Below are positions 1 to 13,420 of a stretch of DNA of 64,000 nucleotides, piece by piece. Source of the DNA: Dicyema japonicum. Lineage: Eukaryota; Animalia; Dicyemida. The number at the start of each line of letters is the position of its first letter. Position 1 is the stretch's first letter. The translations under genes were made by a program, and so were the position numbers. The stretch lies in assembly GCA_011109175.1 (NCBI GenBank), contig RDEW01000002.1, forward strand, positions 996,676 through 1,060,675. Direction: 5' to 3'. Below the pieces are notes generated by a model, which did not search any database, had not been told where the DNA came from, and saw only the letters and a list, made by a program, of their open reading frames with translations.

Positions 1-140
1 ACAACAGGTTGTAAAGTGGTGACAGCAGACGATCTGGTCGATGTTAGAATTAGGGCAAGAAACAAGATGGCGTGAGCGAGGATGGCTGTAAAGCATGGCT
101 CAAGTAAAACCCTTTTATGGCTATGCGAAGGAGCTTTTAA
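1..140 (+). mobile_element. 3' end remnant of an RTE-like LINE
   Basis: Ends in TATGGCTATGCGAAGGAGCTTTT, resembling the 3' tail of the RTE remnant at 555-935 and of the SINE copies. Confidence 0.45.
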
Positions 141-554
141 CTAACAAATTGGATTAACTACTTTCCGCATTTTTATTAAAAGAGCTTAATTTATCGAAAT
201 TTTGGTTTAAAGTGAGTAAAACTAAGCTTTTCGCTTTCTCAGACTGGATTATAGCTCAAATTTGTCAGCTCATGTTACTATGAGCCAAATTTCCCTTATG
301 GTGCCTATCAGGGATTTTACCACGAATTCACATAAACTAAGCATAAACGAAAATACCTAACTCGAAAAGTATTATTCAATATAATGGGGTCCCGAAGAAA
401 TGTTGCCATAGCTTTTCTACAATCGCGGCTTTACCAATTGTTCTAACGTGGGTTGCAAAAGTGAGAAGAGTATTAGAGAAACAGTCTTCCCATGTGTTAA
501 ATCAATTTCCTCCTTTGAATAATAAATTTTGTTATAAAATCAATTATATATGGG

Positions 555-935
555 AATTATTACTATTAGCACTTTCTCGAAAGCCATAATATTTATAGTC
601 CCTCATGTGCAACCAAAGAAACAATTTTGGATGTCAGTCTCTTCCACGCACCTCTATTCTTAATGCGTACAGGTCATCAGAGGATTTCAATTCTTGTTTT
701 AGGTTTTAAGTCCCTTTGTTGGACGACTGACAAAGTTATCCTATGTTTTTTACTAAACGGCCCTCATGGCAAACATAGCAGTCTTCCATAGCTCTGTTTG
801 GTGGGGATGCCAACTCCATCCTCAGGAAATTTCCGAATAACCTCCAACGAGACTTTATTATCTCCAGGCTTATCGGCATACACCCACATTTCTTGTAGAT
901 CCTTTTGCATAGATCATTATCGGCCAGCACATTCC
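555..935 (-). mobile_element. 3' end fragment of an RTE-like LINE
   Basis: ORF 736-930 contains SRWRLFGNFLRM, the typical RTE C-terminal R-W-x-L-F-G-H-x-L-R motif. The minus-strand tail CTATAAATATTATGGCTTTCGAGAAAGTGCT follows. Confidence 0.7.
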
Positions 936-1064
936 TGTTATTTTTCCCAGGTGATTCCTGTGGAAGAGCTCTCCACTTCTCGTTTGAGGTACTCCAGTCT
1001 GGGAAATCAAGTAAATTGGCTTTATGATAACGGTTTTTTTAACTCCAAAACTACCAAGAAAGAT

Positions 1065-1750
1065 AGGTCAAAACTAACTAATTAGGTGATCCCAGCCTCC
1101 AAAAACATCCGAACTCTCTTCGTATGGTCTTCTGATGACCCAACCGCATTCCAGAAGCGCCTTCTCTTTCTTCTGCGTGCACTTTATTATAACCGACCGA
1201 AATTCCTCTGCATGGGCCACCTTTTCCTTGAAACGGGTTTCCCAGTTCCTCGCAAAAACGCAGGAAACCCTGGCCATTCTTAAACGTCACCTTATCAGAA
1301 ACGAGGCCGCCAATGGAGATGTCAGTGTGGTGCATAATTTTCCGCCTGAGAGTTCAAACGATCAATTCTCGAAGAGGGAATGGGAAATCTCCAGGCGGAG
1401 TAGGAACAATGACTTTTTGGTAGACCTTGTTGACGCAAGCAACAGGGGGAAAAAGCTCTTCTTTATGATCGCCTTTGAAATGTTCCATTTCCGAAGACCC
1501 TTGGCAAGCACCTCCTCCACGAGACTCAAGAACGTCATCAGAAAGTCTAAAACTACCCCAAGGATCTTCTGGGTCGGCGTAGAAGGGATAGAAGTATCTC
1601 CAAAAAACAGTTCGAGTCCATCCTTAAATCTTCTATCAGTAGTGAAAATGGTGAACTGGGATTTAGATGCTGACACAACATATTTGCAGATAGGCATGAT
1701 AACGGTTTTAAACAAATTCGATAAATTAATAAAAACTTGAAATTCAATTA
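1065..1750 (-). mobile_element. Decayed jockey/I-like LINE, RT C-terminal part and 3' end
   Basis: KSQFTIFT...QKILGVVLD..TF motif in ORF 1362-1769. The family 3' motif GGGATCACCTAATTAGTTAGTT is on the minus strand at about 1070-1092. Confidence 0.7.
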
Positions 1751-1784
1751 ATCGTATTGAAATTATCAATTAATTTTATTTAAT

Positions 1785-2602
1785 TTGCATATAAAGTCAA
1801 AACAGATATTACTGTTGAATGAAGTAACCCAAGGATCCCCATTATCACCAGTGCTTTTCAATTTATACAAAAGTGATATCCCATCTCACTTAAAGAAAAT
1901 TGTCTTTTATCATACGCGACGACATTTCCCTTGCTGCCAGACATCAAGATTATCAAATTCTAACAGAACTGTGCAGGACATGTTACACCATGTATCCACT
2001 TCCAAATCGTTCACGACACTTTCATAATCAACCGAATATCCTACTCAACAACTATATGATATAACAAACCGTACAACCACCATCCTTGGAGTCCATTTCG
2101 ACAAAGGGCTCTCTTTTATCAGACATGTTGAAAACAATGTAACTTCTCTGAAGTAAATGAGAATGATTTATGCAAGTCCATTATGTTATAACAAAAACTT
2201 AAAGAAGACTAAAGTGCTGAAATGTCCCTCTGGCTTATGGATTATCAGAAATCATCTCATTTTGAATTCTATATACAACCAATACATCGATCCATGGATT
2301 TCTTATGCATGTGGTATCTGGGGTCCATTCATTTCTCAGACAAATGTTTAGACGATCGAGGCTAGCCAAAAAGAGCCTCAAAAATTACGGATCGATAGAC
2401 TTCTGGAGATCCCAGTCTCCAATGCCTCTAGAATCCATAATACGCATGAACCGTGGAACGTGCCTTCGTGACTAAGAAGATCCAGTCATTTGGCCGACAT
2501 GTGCTTGTGTGAGCTCTAGTAAAAAGTATCAGGCCAAGTTGAAGACTCAGGGATCAAGTGATTAGTTAGATTGGTGTAACCGTGTTCTTTGTATTATTAT
2601 CA
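1785..2602 (+). mobile_element. Decayed jockey/I-like LINE, RT and 3' end
   Basis: VTQGSPLSPVLFNLY RT motif and YACGIWGP. Ends in GGGATCAAGTGATTAGTTAGATTGGTGTAACCGTG plus a (TAT)n tail. Confidence 0.7.
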
Positions 2603-4214
2603 TGGGCATGTCGATCTCCCGCTCTTCATCTTTGGAACTATCCGCAGAGGCTGAAATAAAGATTATTGGACCAGAACAAAAAATCAAAAGTATTGAAAAT
2701 CTTTTAATGGAATTACAACGAAAACTCTTAAAGGCGGCCAGTCTACTGAACTTCCCCCTGTTTCATATACTAACGAAATATCTACAAACATATAAAAGGT
2801 TTGAGTCGATACCATTTCCGATGAGAAGAGCAGTACAGGACTATCGACCCCATCGGACTCGTTCTCTCCCTTGTCGGTCTGGGATGACTTAGTTGGTTGA
2901 GAACTTTTATCTCTTTCTCTTTGACCCAGTAAACGGGGGATAATAATAATTTGAAATGGACTGTTTTGTTGTGGGACTATTTTATAATTTTTGCTAATTT
3001 AAAGCTATATCACTTAAAACTTAGTTGAGCCATATTTTTGTAGTCTGTTGGACGACCAAATTCATCCTCCAATAGTCCATATAGACTTCCGCTTCAGGAG
3101 AGAGGTGGAAAAGTAGGTTCGTCCTCTTCCATTTTCATTACACGCCCTACCGTGACGGAGATCGCTTCATTCTTGGGCGGAAGAATTTTCATAGTCTTCA
3201 CCGGAGGATTTGGTCAAGGAGAATGCATTTATCATTTTAAAAATAAAAATATTTGTGTAATAAAAAGTATCATTCTATTTGTAAAAAAAGTAATTAATCA
3301 TAGAAAGTGGTATTGGTCATGAAGGTCAAGGTGGAAGACCAATCTTTGTTTATTATTGCAGTTAAAATAGATTCCATGGGACTGCTTAGTTGCACTTGAC
3401 ATCCTCTACTTTGTAACCAAAAATATTATTTAAACGATATTTTAAACCATTGATCTTTTAAGTATTAGTCCTTGCTTCAGTATCAAAAAGATTACGTTCA
3501 TATCATTTGTGGTCACGTGTTAGTAAATCAATACTGTGTACATAATCGGTCTGTTAGGCGAATCCATAGAGTACTTACGCCAATGATGTTGATTTAGTTA
3601 TTTCTATTATTTCGTGACTCAAGTCCAATGACCCACAGTAATAACATACATTTTTTTATTTACCCCCAGTCCCTTCAGTGAAAAAAACCGGTAGCTAACA
3701 AAAACGTTACAGCCAAGAGTGGATTCTCCCAGAGATCCGACAGGTATTTTTGTTTCTGTGCAGAACTAGAGAAGAGGTGACCCGTCTTCTGGTCGTCAAG
3801 AATACAATTTAACGACTAAACGAATGTAGCCAGTTCCAACGATCGCAGAAACAGAAAGTTTTCCCAATGTCACACAAGTCCATACAGAACCAAGAAAACG
3901 CCTAGTCTTTGCAATCGTGGAAACTCACTCTCCAGAGTGACGGGAAGAGAAAATGATCCTTTCTCGTGGCACAATGGGATATAGATTACATGACACTACT
4001 TTAGTAGAAAAAGTAACCACGTGACATCGCGTAGAAATTAAAATATTAGTGCAAGTTAACAACAAGCAGTAACAGGGACATTGATAAAAGTCAATCAAAT
4101 GTAATAAACGTTAATAATCATCAAATCTTCTCCGGACAATGACACCAATAACATTAAGGGACTTGTGGGAGTGCCCAACACTATAGATTTTCTATTGAGA
4201 AAGATAAAGTATTA

Positions 4215-4430
4215 AGAACAATCTTGATCCTTCGGTCCTTTTGTGCGATTAACTAGCATAATTGTTCCTCCCCTCTTAAAAATAAACTGCGTGTCTCTGC
4301 CTAAGTGAAGGTAAAAGTGGAAGAGGTAGATCAACTGATTTCGAAGCAAGGCAAAATAAGTTCTGGATATTTCATTGAATTGACCAAATTAAAAATTAAA
4401 AAAGTAGAAAATTTATTAAATTATGTATAA
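4215..4430 (+). repeat. SINE-related segment upstream of lectin copy 1 (homologous to 7045-7255 and 21670-21900)
   Basis: GATTAACTAGCATAATTGTTCCTCCCCTCTTAAAATAAACTGCGTGTCTCTGCCT resembles the 3' half of the SINE copies and aligns by eye with the two other loci. Confidence 0.7.
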
Positions 4431-4490
4431 AATTGTTAAACAGTGTATAAAACATTATATAAAATATGTTTTATGTCCATTAGGCGTATT

Positions 4491-5065
4491 ATGCTTGCAA
4501 TAATAATAATTATTACAAAAGTATTATCCACAGAACGTATTTAAATATAAGTATTTAGACTGTTATAAAGGAACATGCTATTTGTTGGTGAAAACGGAAT
4601 TAAATCAAGCTGATTCAATCGCATACTGCAAAAAACTAAATATGGTTTTAGCAGTTATTCCCAGCCAACAAATAAATGAATATATTTTTAATAATCTTAT
4701 TCTCCCTGACAAGGATACAAAGGACAAGCATATTAGATTCGGATTAGATGATCTTGCTAAAGAAGGTGAATATATTGATTCATATGGGCGTAAACAAGTT
4801 TAACATTTTAAATTTCAGAAATATTTCAACTGGCACCCAGGACAACCGGATGATGGCCAATATTTTGGAATGGACGAAGACATCATTCATTTTTTATAAT
4901 AATACTGAAAAATGGAACGATAATCTCTCTATTAAACTAATGATGTCCATATGCGGAACAAAAAGTCAACTATTTAATATAATATTCATAGCCACCGATT
5001 TTAAAAACGATTTTAAATCGAAAGAAATTGTCAAACCAAAACTCAAGGATGACTGCGAATTTTAA
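4491..5065 (+). pseudogene. Secreted C-type lectin copy 1; +1 frameshift in a T run at 4890-4895 (pseudogene or homopolymer error)
   Basis: Introns of 22, 21 and 27 nt leave 505 nt, versus 504 nt in copies 2 and 3. The run has 6 T here and 5 T in the paralogues. Signal peptide MLAIIIIITKVLS and motifs WHPGQPD and WND are present. Confidence 0.85.
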
Positions 5066-5879
5066 TTATAATAATTCTTTTACTAACAATTTTATTGTAA
5101 ATACTACAATAACAATGACTCTAACTAAAACTTAAACTAGTTAATTTCAAGCGTAACTATTCTAAATTTTGATTTTATATACATTTGTTCACTGCACTCT
5201 AAACTAATGCAGGGAATTCATTTATTATATATTCAGAATCTAAAGAAAATTCAATTGAGCACTAATTAGGCAGTTATTTTTTTACTTCCGGAAAATGAAC
5301 AGAAAACAAAATTAAAAAAATTAATCATGCTCGTTGAATTTATGATTAATCAACAAAACCAAGTACATTTTACGGTACTGTAAAGTCGATTTCACTAAGA
5401 ATCATAAAGTCATGTTACTTTTCAGCAATTAAAATGTTCATGTGTTATTTCATGTTAAAATTCAAATAAATATCTAAAATAATGTTTTTAAAATAATTTT
5501 AAAATTCAAAAGAAATAGCCTGTTGACCATAAATTTGTCTTATCTTCCTAAGCATCTGCAAAGATCTAGGAAACCACTCAAAGAAAGGCGGTCCATGCAA
5601 AGGAATTCAGATCGACTATAAAGAAGTGTACTCCGATATAATTCCTCTGCAGAGAAGTTGGATCATTGGCGGATAAGCTTTCTTTCTTGGTGGTTTTGGG
5701 ATTTTAAAATAATAAATGTCATGCTATTTTGATCGTAGATGATTATGTGATTATCGTACATCTAGGTTACATCCTCTAAAAAACAGTGGGATGTATGTTT
5801 CTTGATTATGAAGTCTATAAAGCACGCAAATCCTCAATGTAAGTAATTCTGAGTTGACTAAAGACTAATAATAACACAA

Positions 5880-6250
5880 CCCCATAAACCACTAATGATT
5901 ACGACAAAGCTCAAAACATGTATTGTAATGCTGTACTGGAAACGTTTCCGCCAAATCTTTCAAATTAATGCGACAACCACAATATGCTCATGATTAATCG
6001 ACTGATGTAACATCAATTTGCAAACTGGTTTCATACCCACGTTTTGTCGAAATGACAAAATAATTGAGGATTTTTTTCTTGTACTATCTGCAGTACACGT
6101 GGTAAGGTATATTTGATGGATTGTTTGAATAAATCGAATAATATTGTTGGAGTAAAGTTTGTGTAATATTACTCAGTCCATACTTGGTTATCGGTCAAGA
6201 TTTGTCGCTCACGTAAAAAAGTGTATCTCCTTTAAGCGAATCAATTTGTA
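5880..6250 (+). mobile_element. Possible hAT transposase remnant
   Basis: Broken frames resembling RF...IIEDFF and ILGYRSRFVAHVKK, similar to the hAT catalytic region. Confidence 0.3.
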
Positions 6251-6599
6251 CTGCACTGATATTCTCTTCCAAAACATTACCAGATCACTTAATCTTGCTA
6301 TTTATACAGAAGTAAGATCTTTCGAAAGGAAGAGTTCCGCGAGCTGTCGAGTTGTATCAGGCTATAATCGGTTTTTGATAAATGGAAATAGAAAATTTCC
6401 AAGTCAATCATTGTAATGTTTCCTTTGCTTGAATTTTACTAAGGAAATGATTACACCAAAATGTATCAATTTTAAAATTAATCGATCAGCACATTGAAAA
6501 TTATATTCAAACTTCCAATCTTGTCATTGCTGAATTATTAATCCATTTTTGTTGACTGATGATATCAAAAATTAAAGTCTTTTATTGAATTCAACAGTT

Positions 6600-6835
6600 C
6601 AACGACTTGTTGGTCACATCCTACGAATGGACAGACTCGCTCTACCGAACATGGCGACGGAAAACCATTTCGCACAACCCAAAAGAACATTTCGAGAAGC
6701 CGAGAGTTACTTTGCCTGCAGTATTAAACAAAGTTCAAAGTGACGAAGACCTTGATTCATTACAGGCAATACCTTGCAACAGGAGAGTAGCAACAGGAGA
6801 GCTTGAAAGAGGATGCGTAGTAGGATACTGAAGGA
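6600..6835 (+). mobile_element. RTE-like LINE 3' end remnant
   Basis: RLVGHILRMD, then KPRVTLPAVLNK in an adjacent frame. Confidence 0.6.
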
Positions 6836-7044
6836 AAACTTTATTACTTTATGAATTTTCGGGGGTGCTTTTTAGTAATAATGTGACTAACTAACATTTC
6901 ACCTCTCTTAAATATTAATGGAGATTTGATCCGCTCCACAAACTCTGTTAAGTTATTGGGTATGACCTTCTCACGACATTCAGTAAACATAGTAACAAGG
7001 TCATCTCTTCGTCCTTCTCGTGGATTTTCTACTGAGAAAGAATA

Positions 7045-7255
7045 GAAGTAAAGATCATTTTTGATGCCTTGGTCCCCTTCACAAGATTAATTAGCATAAC
7101 TGTTCTTTCCCTCTTAAAATCAAGTGTGTCCCTGTCTAAGTAGAGGTAACAGTGAAGAAGGAGCTCAACTGCTTCCTTAGCAATACAAAATAAGTTTCGG
7201 ATATTTCATTAAATTACAAATTAAAAAAGTAGAAAATTAATTAAATTATCCATAA
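7045..7255 (+). repeat. Solo copy of the lectin upstream segment with no lectin gene behind it
   Basis: Aligns with 4215-4430 through AAAAAAGTAGAAAATT..TTAAATTAT, then switches to LINE-like RT sequence. Confidence 0.65.
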
Positions 7256-7259
7256 AATC

Positions 7260-8090
7260 GCAGGGCTGTCTTAAGCTCACTGTTATCAACATATTCTTAC
7301 CCGACTTGGGACTCGAATTCGAAATTATGACATCCTGATTATGGGCATGGCTGGCAAGTCGACCTATCGGAAAAGAGGCTCAAGAAATTTATTAATCAAG
7401 TCCAAAACTGGTGTGACCCGAGAGAATGAAGCTCTCAAAGTCGAACTCTTTAACAGGTTTTTATGGACTGACTAAACTAGTAAGACTCGAGGTCCTGAAG
7501 GTAGAAGTGAAACTACTTTGCGGCATAGGTACTTTGGCTACTTATGCCAAAGGATGAGTTGCAAAACTAGGAGTTTCCCAGTTGTTACTGGGATTCAAGA
7601 ACGAGGAAGACGCCTCAGCTTTTGAAGCTGAGGTTAATACTAAGGTACCTTTTGATCACGGGGCACATAGCATGTCAAGGGTCATTCCTAAGGCTTCTTA
7701 TTCAAGACGACTTGAGCATAGAGGAGGATAAGATTCTTGTCCCAATAACACGGATATTTAAAAACAGGATTCACAGCTTCTCCGAAAAAAACGCTTGCAA
7801 AATGAGAAGATGGGAGACGTGAGAAATGTCCAGGCCGTAAAGGCGGACTATAATAAAATTGTTAAATATGTGAACCATTATTAACCGACCTTGACTTTGA
7901 AGAAACAAGGTCACCTAAATGATTGAAGGAAAGCCTATAAATGATGCTAATGAATGCTCGATCACTAGAAAAAAGACATAATGAACTAGCACTGCTTGCA
8001 CGGGTCTCTACGATCGATTTCTTGATGTTCAATGAAACAAAGTTAAGAAGGCAAACAGTAATATACTGAGGGGATACAATTCTGTGGACA
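7260..8090 (+). mobile_element. Decayed LINE fragments (RT-like piece plus an AP-endonuclease N-terminus)
   Basis: QG..L....NIFL.DL-like segment at about 7260, and MLMNARSLEKRHNEL...DFLMFNETKL at about 7940-8045. Confidence 0.45.
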
Positions 8091-8479
8091 TTGTATGGAA
8101 AGATGGTGCAGTTCCGGTACGGGAATGTCTATTTCTACCGAGACTGTCTCAGAATCCGTAATCCGAAGATTGTTTTTCTCAAAATTTAAATTTCAATGGA
8201 TCACAATATTGTATGAAATAACAAGTTCAGACAATTCAAAGGAGCATTCAACTACGTCTCACGCACCATTTAAACCAGCCATGCCCAAAAGGGAGCCAAA
8301 TAAAAAAAGATTTTTAATAAAAAAATTAATGTATAATTTTATTTTTGAGGTATGTACGAAGTCTCCTCATTTCTGGACTTTTTTTGATTAATTATTTTAA
8401 ACATTGGATGTGATTAAAATTATAAAAAAAGCATCGACAATATTCTGATATATGGATTTATTGCATCACCTAATAATCG

Positions 8480-9128
8480 AGATACGCCATTTGCTTAATA
8501 TGCCATCGTGCATTAACGAATGAAAGCATGAGGACAAACAAGCTTGAAAATCATTTGGATAGTGCACTTAAAGATGTAACGGATAAACCTTTGGAGTTTT
8601 TTATATACAAAGGCAAATACTTTCTCCAGTGTGAATTTCGACGAAAACAGAATTTAGGTAATAAATTTCAAATTCTATTTAGGTTTAATCAAATTATACA
8701 AAATGTGTAAACTTACTGCCAAGTCGGGAATTATCATAATATTGTGGAAACACTAATTATGCTGCTGCAGAAATAATTTATCTCAATTTCAAAATGTGGA
8801 TTCAGATGAAATATTATTCCGTTACGTATATCTACTGTTCTCAGAAGGATGGATAATATGGCACAAGAAATCGAGTCTCAAATAAAACATTTGCTAAGTA
8901 ATACAAACTTTTCATTGCAGATAGACGAAACTACATTGCCAGATAACGGTTCTCTCCTTATGGCATCTGTAAGGTTTTGGAATGGCAATGAAATCATTGA
9001 AGAAATGCTTGCAAGAAAGATTACAAGTGATTCAAAGGTTGTGTCACTGTTTAATGAAATTGAAGCATACTTTTGTTTGTGAGAACGTTGCTTCTATGGT
9101 TGGTAAATACAGAGGATGTTTGGCATAC
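8480..9128 (+). mobile_element. hAT (Buster/Charlie-like) transposase, 5' part, interrupted by the RTE insertion
   Basis: DKPLEFF, RRMDNMAQEIESQ, FSLQIDETTLPDN.SLLMA.VRF, ASMVGKYRGCLAY. Confidence 0.75.
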
Positions 9129-12100
9129 ATAAAATTTCGCCATTGGACTTCTCCCTTCTCACGTTTAACGTCATGGAACTCTCTAGCGTTTGGAAACGGA
9201 AGGAACTGTTCGAGGATCTTTCAAAATACAAGATTTCAATCGCCTGCCTTCAGGAGACCAAACTAATCAACGGGATCGAAGAACAACATGGAAACTTCCG
9301 ACTAATCTTCCTTCCAGGTGGAAACAAGCACTATGGGCTAGGATTTGCCGTCAGGAATGATCTATCCAAGAGAGTCTGCCGATATTACAATGTGAATGAT
9401 AGAATCGGGGTGCTGCAATTGAAACTGGATGACCTCAACCCGTCGAAGAAATATCTAACTATAATAAACGTTTACGCCCCTCACAGTGGATGGCTTAATA
9501 AAAACCCAGTGGAGATTGATGACTTTTACACAGTCTTTCTGCCGTTTTCTCCAAGTATGCTTTCTCAACATTAGTAATGATTGCAGGAGACCTAAATGCG
9601 AAAGCTGGCACCCAGGTTACGACCAATGAGACATTCATGGGAAGACATGGTAGGGGGAAAAGAAATCTCCCGGGAACTCTACTAGCTAACTTCTGTCAAA
9701 CGAACAACCTATTTTTATGCAATACAGCCTTCATGCATCCAGCCAGACATAAATCTGCGTGATCGGGACACAGAACAAATCCCGAAAGGCGAGTGATAAA
9801 TATGTACAACCAGATCGACTATATCATATGCAGCAAAAAGATCGAGGGATTATACTTGATGCACGAGCTTATGGTGGATCGATTATCGACAGCGACCACA
9901 AAATGGTTATTGCTAGACTTTCTCTAAAGAGATTTATGGTACTACAAAGAACGAAATGGAAGCACATTGAAACCACAGAACCCAACCCAACTATAATTTG
10001 GAATCATTAATCAGTCAATCAGAAGGGCCCTAGCATTCAAAGAATATCTGGATGCAGAACTAGAAAACATGCCTACAGATTTGCCACCCGGAAAATCCTG
10101 GGATTTTGTAAAGCAGTCAATACACAAAGGAGCCAATCTGCATCTATTAAAAGAAAATAAGAAAATCCCATCGCACAATGACATTTACACGGTGAAGGAC
10201 CGTGCCAATAAACAGAAGACCATATGGATGCTATATAAAAATACTGACGATTCGAACGTAAAATCAAAATTGCGGCTAGAAATAAAAACTATCAAAGCAA
10301 AAATAAGAAAAACTATACGCCAGCATAACAGAAATAGAGCACTGGACCAGATTAAGAAGATAGAATCTCTCAAGGACAACGCTAGATTCTACGAGGCTGT
10401 TAAACAGATGAAAGGAAAGAACTCCATCAACCGAAAATAATAAGAGATGACAATCGAACGCAGATTGTGGACAAAAGAGAATTGGCGGAAATTATCGCTG
10501 CCCATTTTGGAAAACTTTTCAATCTAAGGACGACACCTAGAATGAGGGAAATTGGACGAGGAAATCACACCATATGAAGTTGAACTTGTGAGTTCCAAGT
10601 TGAAAAACAACAGGACTCCTGGCCCTGACAGACTCGGTGGTGATTTCTTCAAATATGGAACCCAAAAGCTGTATGAATGCATCGCTAGGATCCTGAATAA
10701 AATGTACTATTATGGTCACACGCTGACCCTGGGAGAGGGTATCTTAATACCTGTACAGAAGGCGAATAAACCAAGATCTAAGGTGGAGAACCTCCGTCCG
10801 GTCATATTAATGAATTCACTTCGGAAAATTCTGGCGAACATAACATTAGCCGGGTAACATCGTGGTTAGGTGTCGGGCTTAAGTGGCTTAGGCTACGGGT
10901 TCGAATCTCGCTGCTGTTCACCTGGTGGAAGGTTCCACGCATCTACGATGCAGAAAGGGTTTTACGAGTGACGCCGTCATCAGTGGATACTCACTGCGGA
11001 ACTGGATTGTCTAGAAAGGACACTCACACAAGAAAAAGAAAAAGAAGTGAATATCATTCCTTGGTTCTACGATTAGTTAAAATTAACTGTTCTTTACTTA
11101 AATAAAGTGTGTGTCCTGCCTATGCGGAGCTATAAATAATATGGCTCTCGTGAAAAGGCTTTATTATTATTATAACATTACAAAGGATGGAAGACGCCTA
11201 GATACTTTTCTGTCGCTATACCAAAGCGGATTCCGAAAAGGAAGATATACTTCCGATGTTTTGAGGTCCCACAAGTGGAGATCTGCGGCCGTTCACAAGT
11301 TCAAAATGTCTACAACCATCCTCGGAATCGACATTTCGAGGGCCTTCGACTCTGTCGACAGACGGAGGCTAAAACTGGTTTTGGAAAGTTTCCTAGACAC
11401 TTCCACTGTCAGAATGGCCACCACCCTCCTAGCTGATACTTGGCTCACTGTAAGAGTCGGGGGAGCCTTGTCTCGCCGATTTGAGACGACTGTTGGCACT
11501 CCACAAGGAGACCCATTATCACCTATACTTTTTGTCATATACCTTGAAGCTGCTTTACGGGAGTCAAAACCAATAGTGGGTGAAAAGACAAACATTATTG
11601 CGTATGCTGACGACGTATACTTTATTTCAAACGACAAAATACCGTTCACCCGCTTGATGGAAGAAGTGCCTGGAAGACCAGCCGAATGGTTCCTAACAGT
11701 AAATCCGGGCAAGACTGAAGTAACTGAACTCATGAGGGAAGAAACAAGGACGGAGGAGTACTGGCGCAAGTGCAAAAAGCTTAGCTCCCTCCTAGGAGAC
11801 CATGAAGAAATTACGAGAAAGAAAACCCTAGCACAAACTGCCTTCTCCAGATTAAAGAACACCTGGCTCCACAAAAAAGGCCTTGACATTATACCGAAAA
11901 CTCGATTATACAACTCGCTAGTGAAACACATACTACTGTATAACTCTGGTACCTGGGCCTGCTAAGAAATGAACTAAAGAGGCTTAATGCGTTTCATAGA
12001 GACCAACTACGGCATATGATGTTTGAAAGAAGTGACACGAGGATGTCATCTAATCTTCTTTATAAGAGGACGAAGACCTCAGAAATTCCTAATGAAATTC

Positions 12101-12417
12101 TGGATGCACGATGGAAGCTTTTTGGCCATATTCTGCGACTGGATCTAGATGCCCCCGCGAACGTAGTCATAAAGGATTACTTCATGTTGGAGGCCCCCCG
12201 TTTCCGTGGTCGCCCAAGGACGATACTGGCAGTCGTTCTCGACGAGGACCTCAAAGAAATGGGACGGCATCTTGGAAGTGGAGAGGATCTTGACTGGTTG
12301 CGCACTGCGGCTTTGAATAGGAAGAAGTGGATGAAACTAACCAGTGATTTGCTAACTCGTGTTGCACATGCTTTGTCAAGTCCTATGACATAGCGATAAG
12401 TGTTTATAATAATAATA
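9129..12417 (+). mobile_element. Near full-length RTE-like non-LTR retrotransposon (APE + RT), frameshifted and interrupted by a SINE
   Basis: APE motifs CLQETK, NVYAPH, GDLNAK, SDHKMV. RT motifs TPGPD, RPVILMNSLRK, QSGFRKGR, DISRAFDSV, PQGDPLSP, YADD, RWKLFGHILR. (TAA)n tail at about 12406-12416. Candidate TSD TGGCATAC at 9121-9128 and 12421-12428. Confidence 0.9.
10849..11171 (+). mobile_element. tRNA-derived SINE (subfamily A) inserted in the RTE
   Basis: A-box-like TGGTTAGG, B-box GGTTCGAATCTC, (TTA)n tail, and a perfect 9-bp TSD ATAACATTA at 10840-10848 and 11172-11180. Confidence 0.9.
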
Positions 12418-12879
12418 TGATGGCATACCTGTAGAACCTTTGTAGGGTTATAGTGAATTTTGCTTGACATTGATTTTCTTTAAATTTGTATTGGGTAAGT
12501 TTGTCCCCCATGCAGCACAGTCATAGTTGATTGTCGGTTGTACATATCGCGTATATAGTGAGATTAACGTAAGAACTTTTGGTTATTGTTTCGTTCTCCA
12601 AGTATGCCAGTACTTTCTAAAATTAAAACTGGAAATTACAGAAGTACTGCAGAATATGATTTGTTGTGTCACGTTACCAGTATTTTTCAATGGCAAAGAT
12701 TTTTGCAATGTGTAATGGAATATTTATGCCAGAAGTTTTCGATAAAATAAATACGACAAAGACCAAGGACTCTATGAATACTTGGGCAAGTTTAACGGTA
12801 ATAATTCTTCTAATTACTGCTGGTAAAAATGATAAATCAACGAAAATTGAAATATGATGAAAATGACATTAAAATAGAT

Positions 12880-13420
12880 TCTATAGTCGTACAGTAGCTG
12901 CCCTGACAGTATGGATATTCCCTCTCATGGTGGCGAACGAGATTCGTTCGAATAGCCAACAGCGATCACGGAAATCTGTGCAATTAATTAAAAATCGTAC
13001 AATGGATATGATGCCAATATACAAAGGAATCCTCCATATCAGTGTTTTTAACGATTTTTGAATTAAAGATTTTTTATGATACATTGTTGTTGTGACAGAC
13101 AACCGGAAAATATTGATGGGACAAAATTTACACCCCTAAGGTCATCGGATAAATGTTCTGTTTGTTCATAGATCAATATTCGGAAGCATTGTATCTCCTG
13201 TTCACCTTGTGTGTTGATTCCACCTCGGGTGTGTGAAACTATTTTGGGCCACAGTCAGTGCACTTTAAATATGGCACTGCGATTCCTGCCTTTGACTTTA
13301 CCAAAAGTTTCTTCACATTTGCATCTGCCACTATGGACCCAGAATCCGTAATTTCCGAAAACCATTCCTCAAGGATTATCCCAGTAGGGATCCCGATCTC
13401 TGAGAAAAGTTAGTCACTTT
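12880..13420 (-). mobile_element. 3' fragment of a CRE-like (RLE-type) retrotransposon; homologous to 54780-55300
   Basis: DRCWLFERISFATMRGN terminal motif, and nucleotide similarity to 54780-55300. Confidence 0.55.

Noticed and set aside
10849-10915. tRNA genes at the SINE heads
   Set aside because: A and B boxes are present but no complete cloverleaf could be formed, and each head continues into a shared SINE body.
10950-10990. Hammerhead ribozyme on the SINE antisense strand (CTGATGA...)
   Set aside because: No GAAA core follows a plausible stem II, and the CTGATGA is not conserved in other copies.
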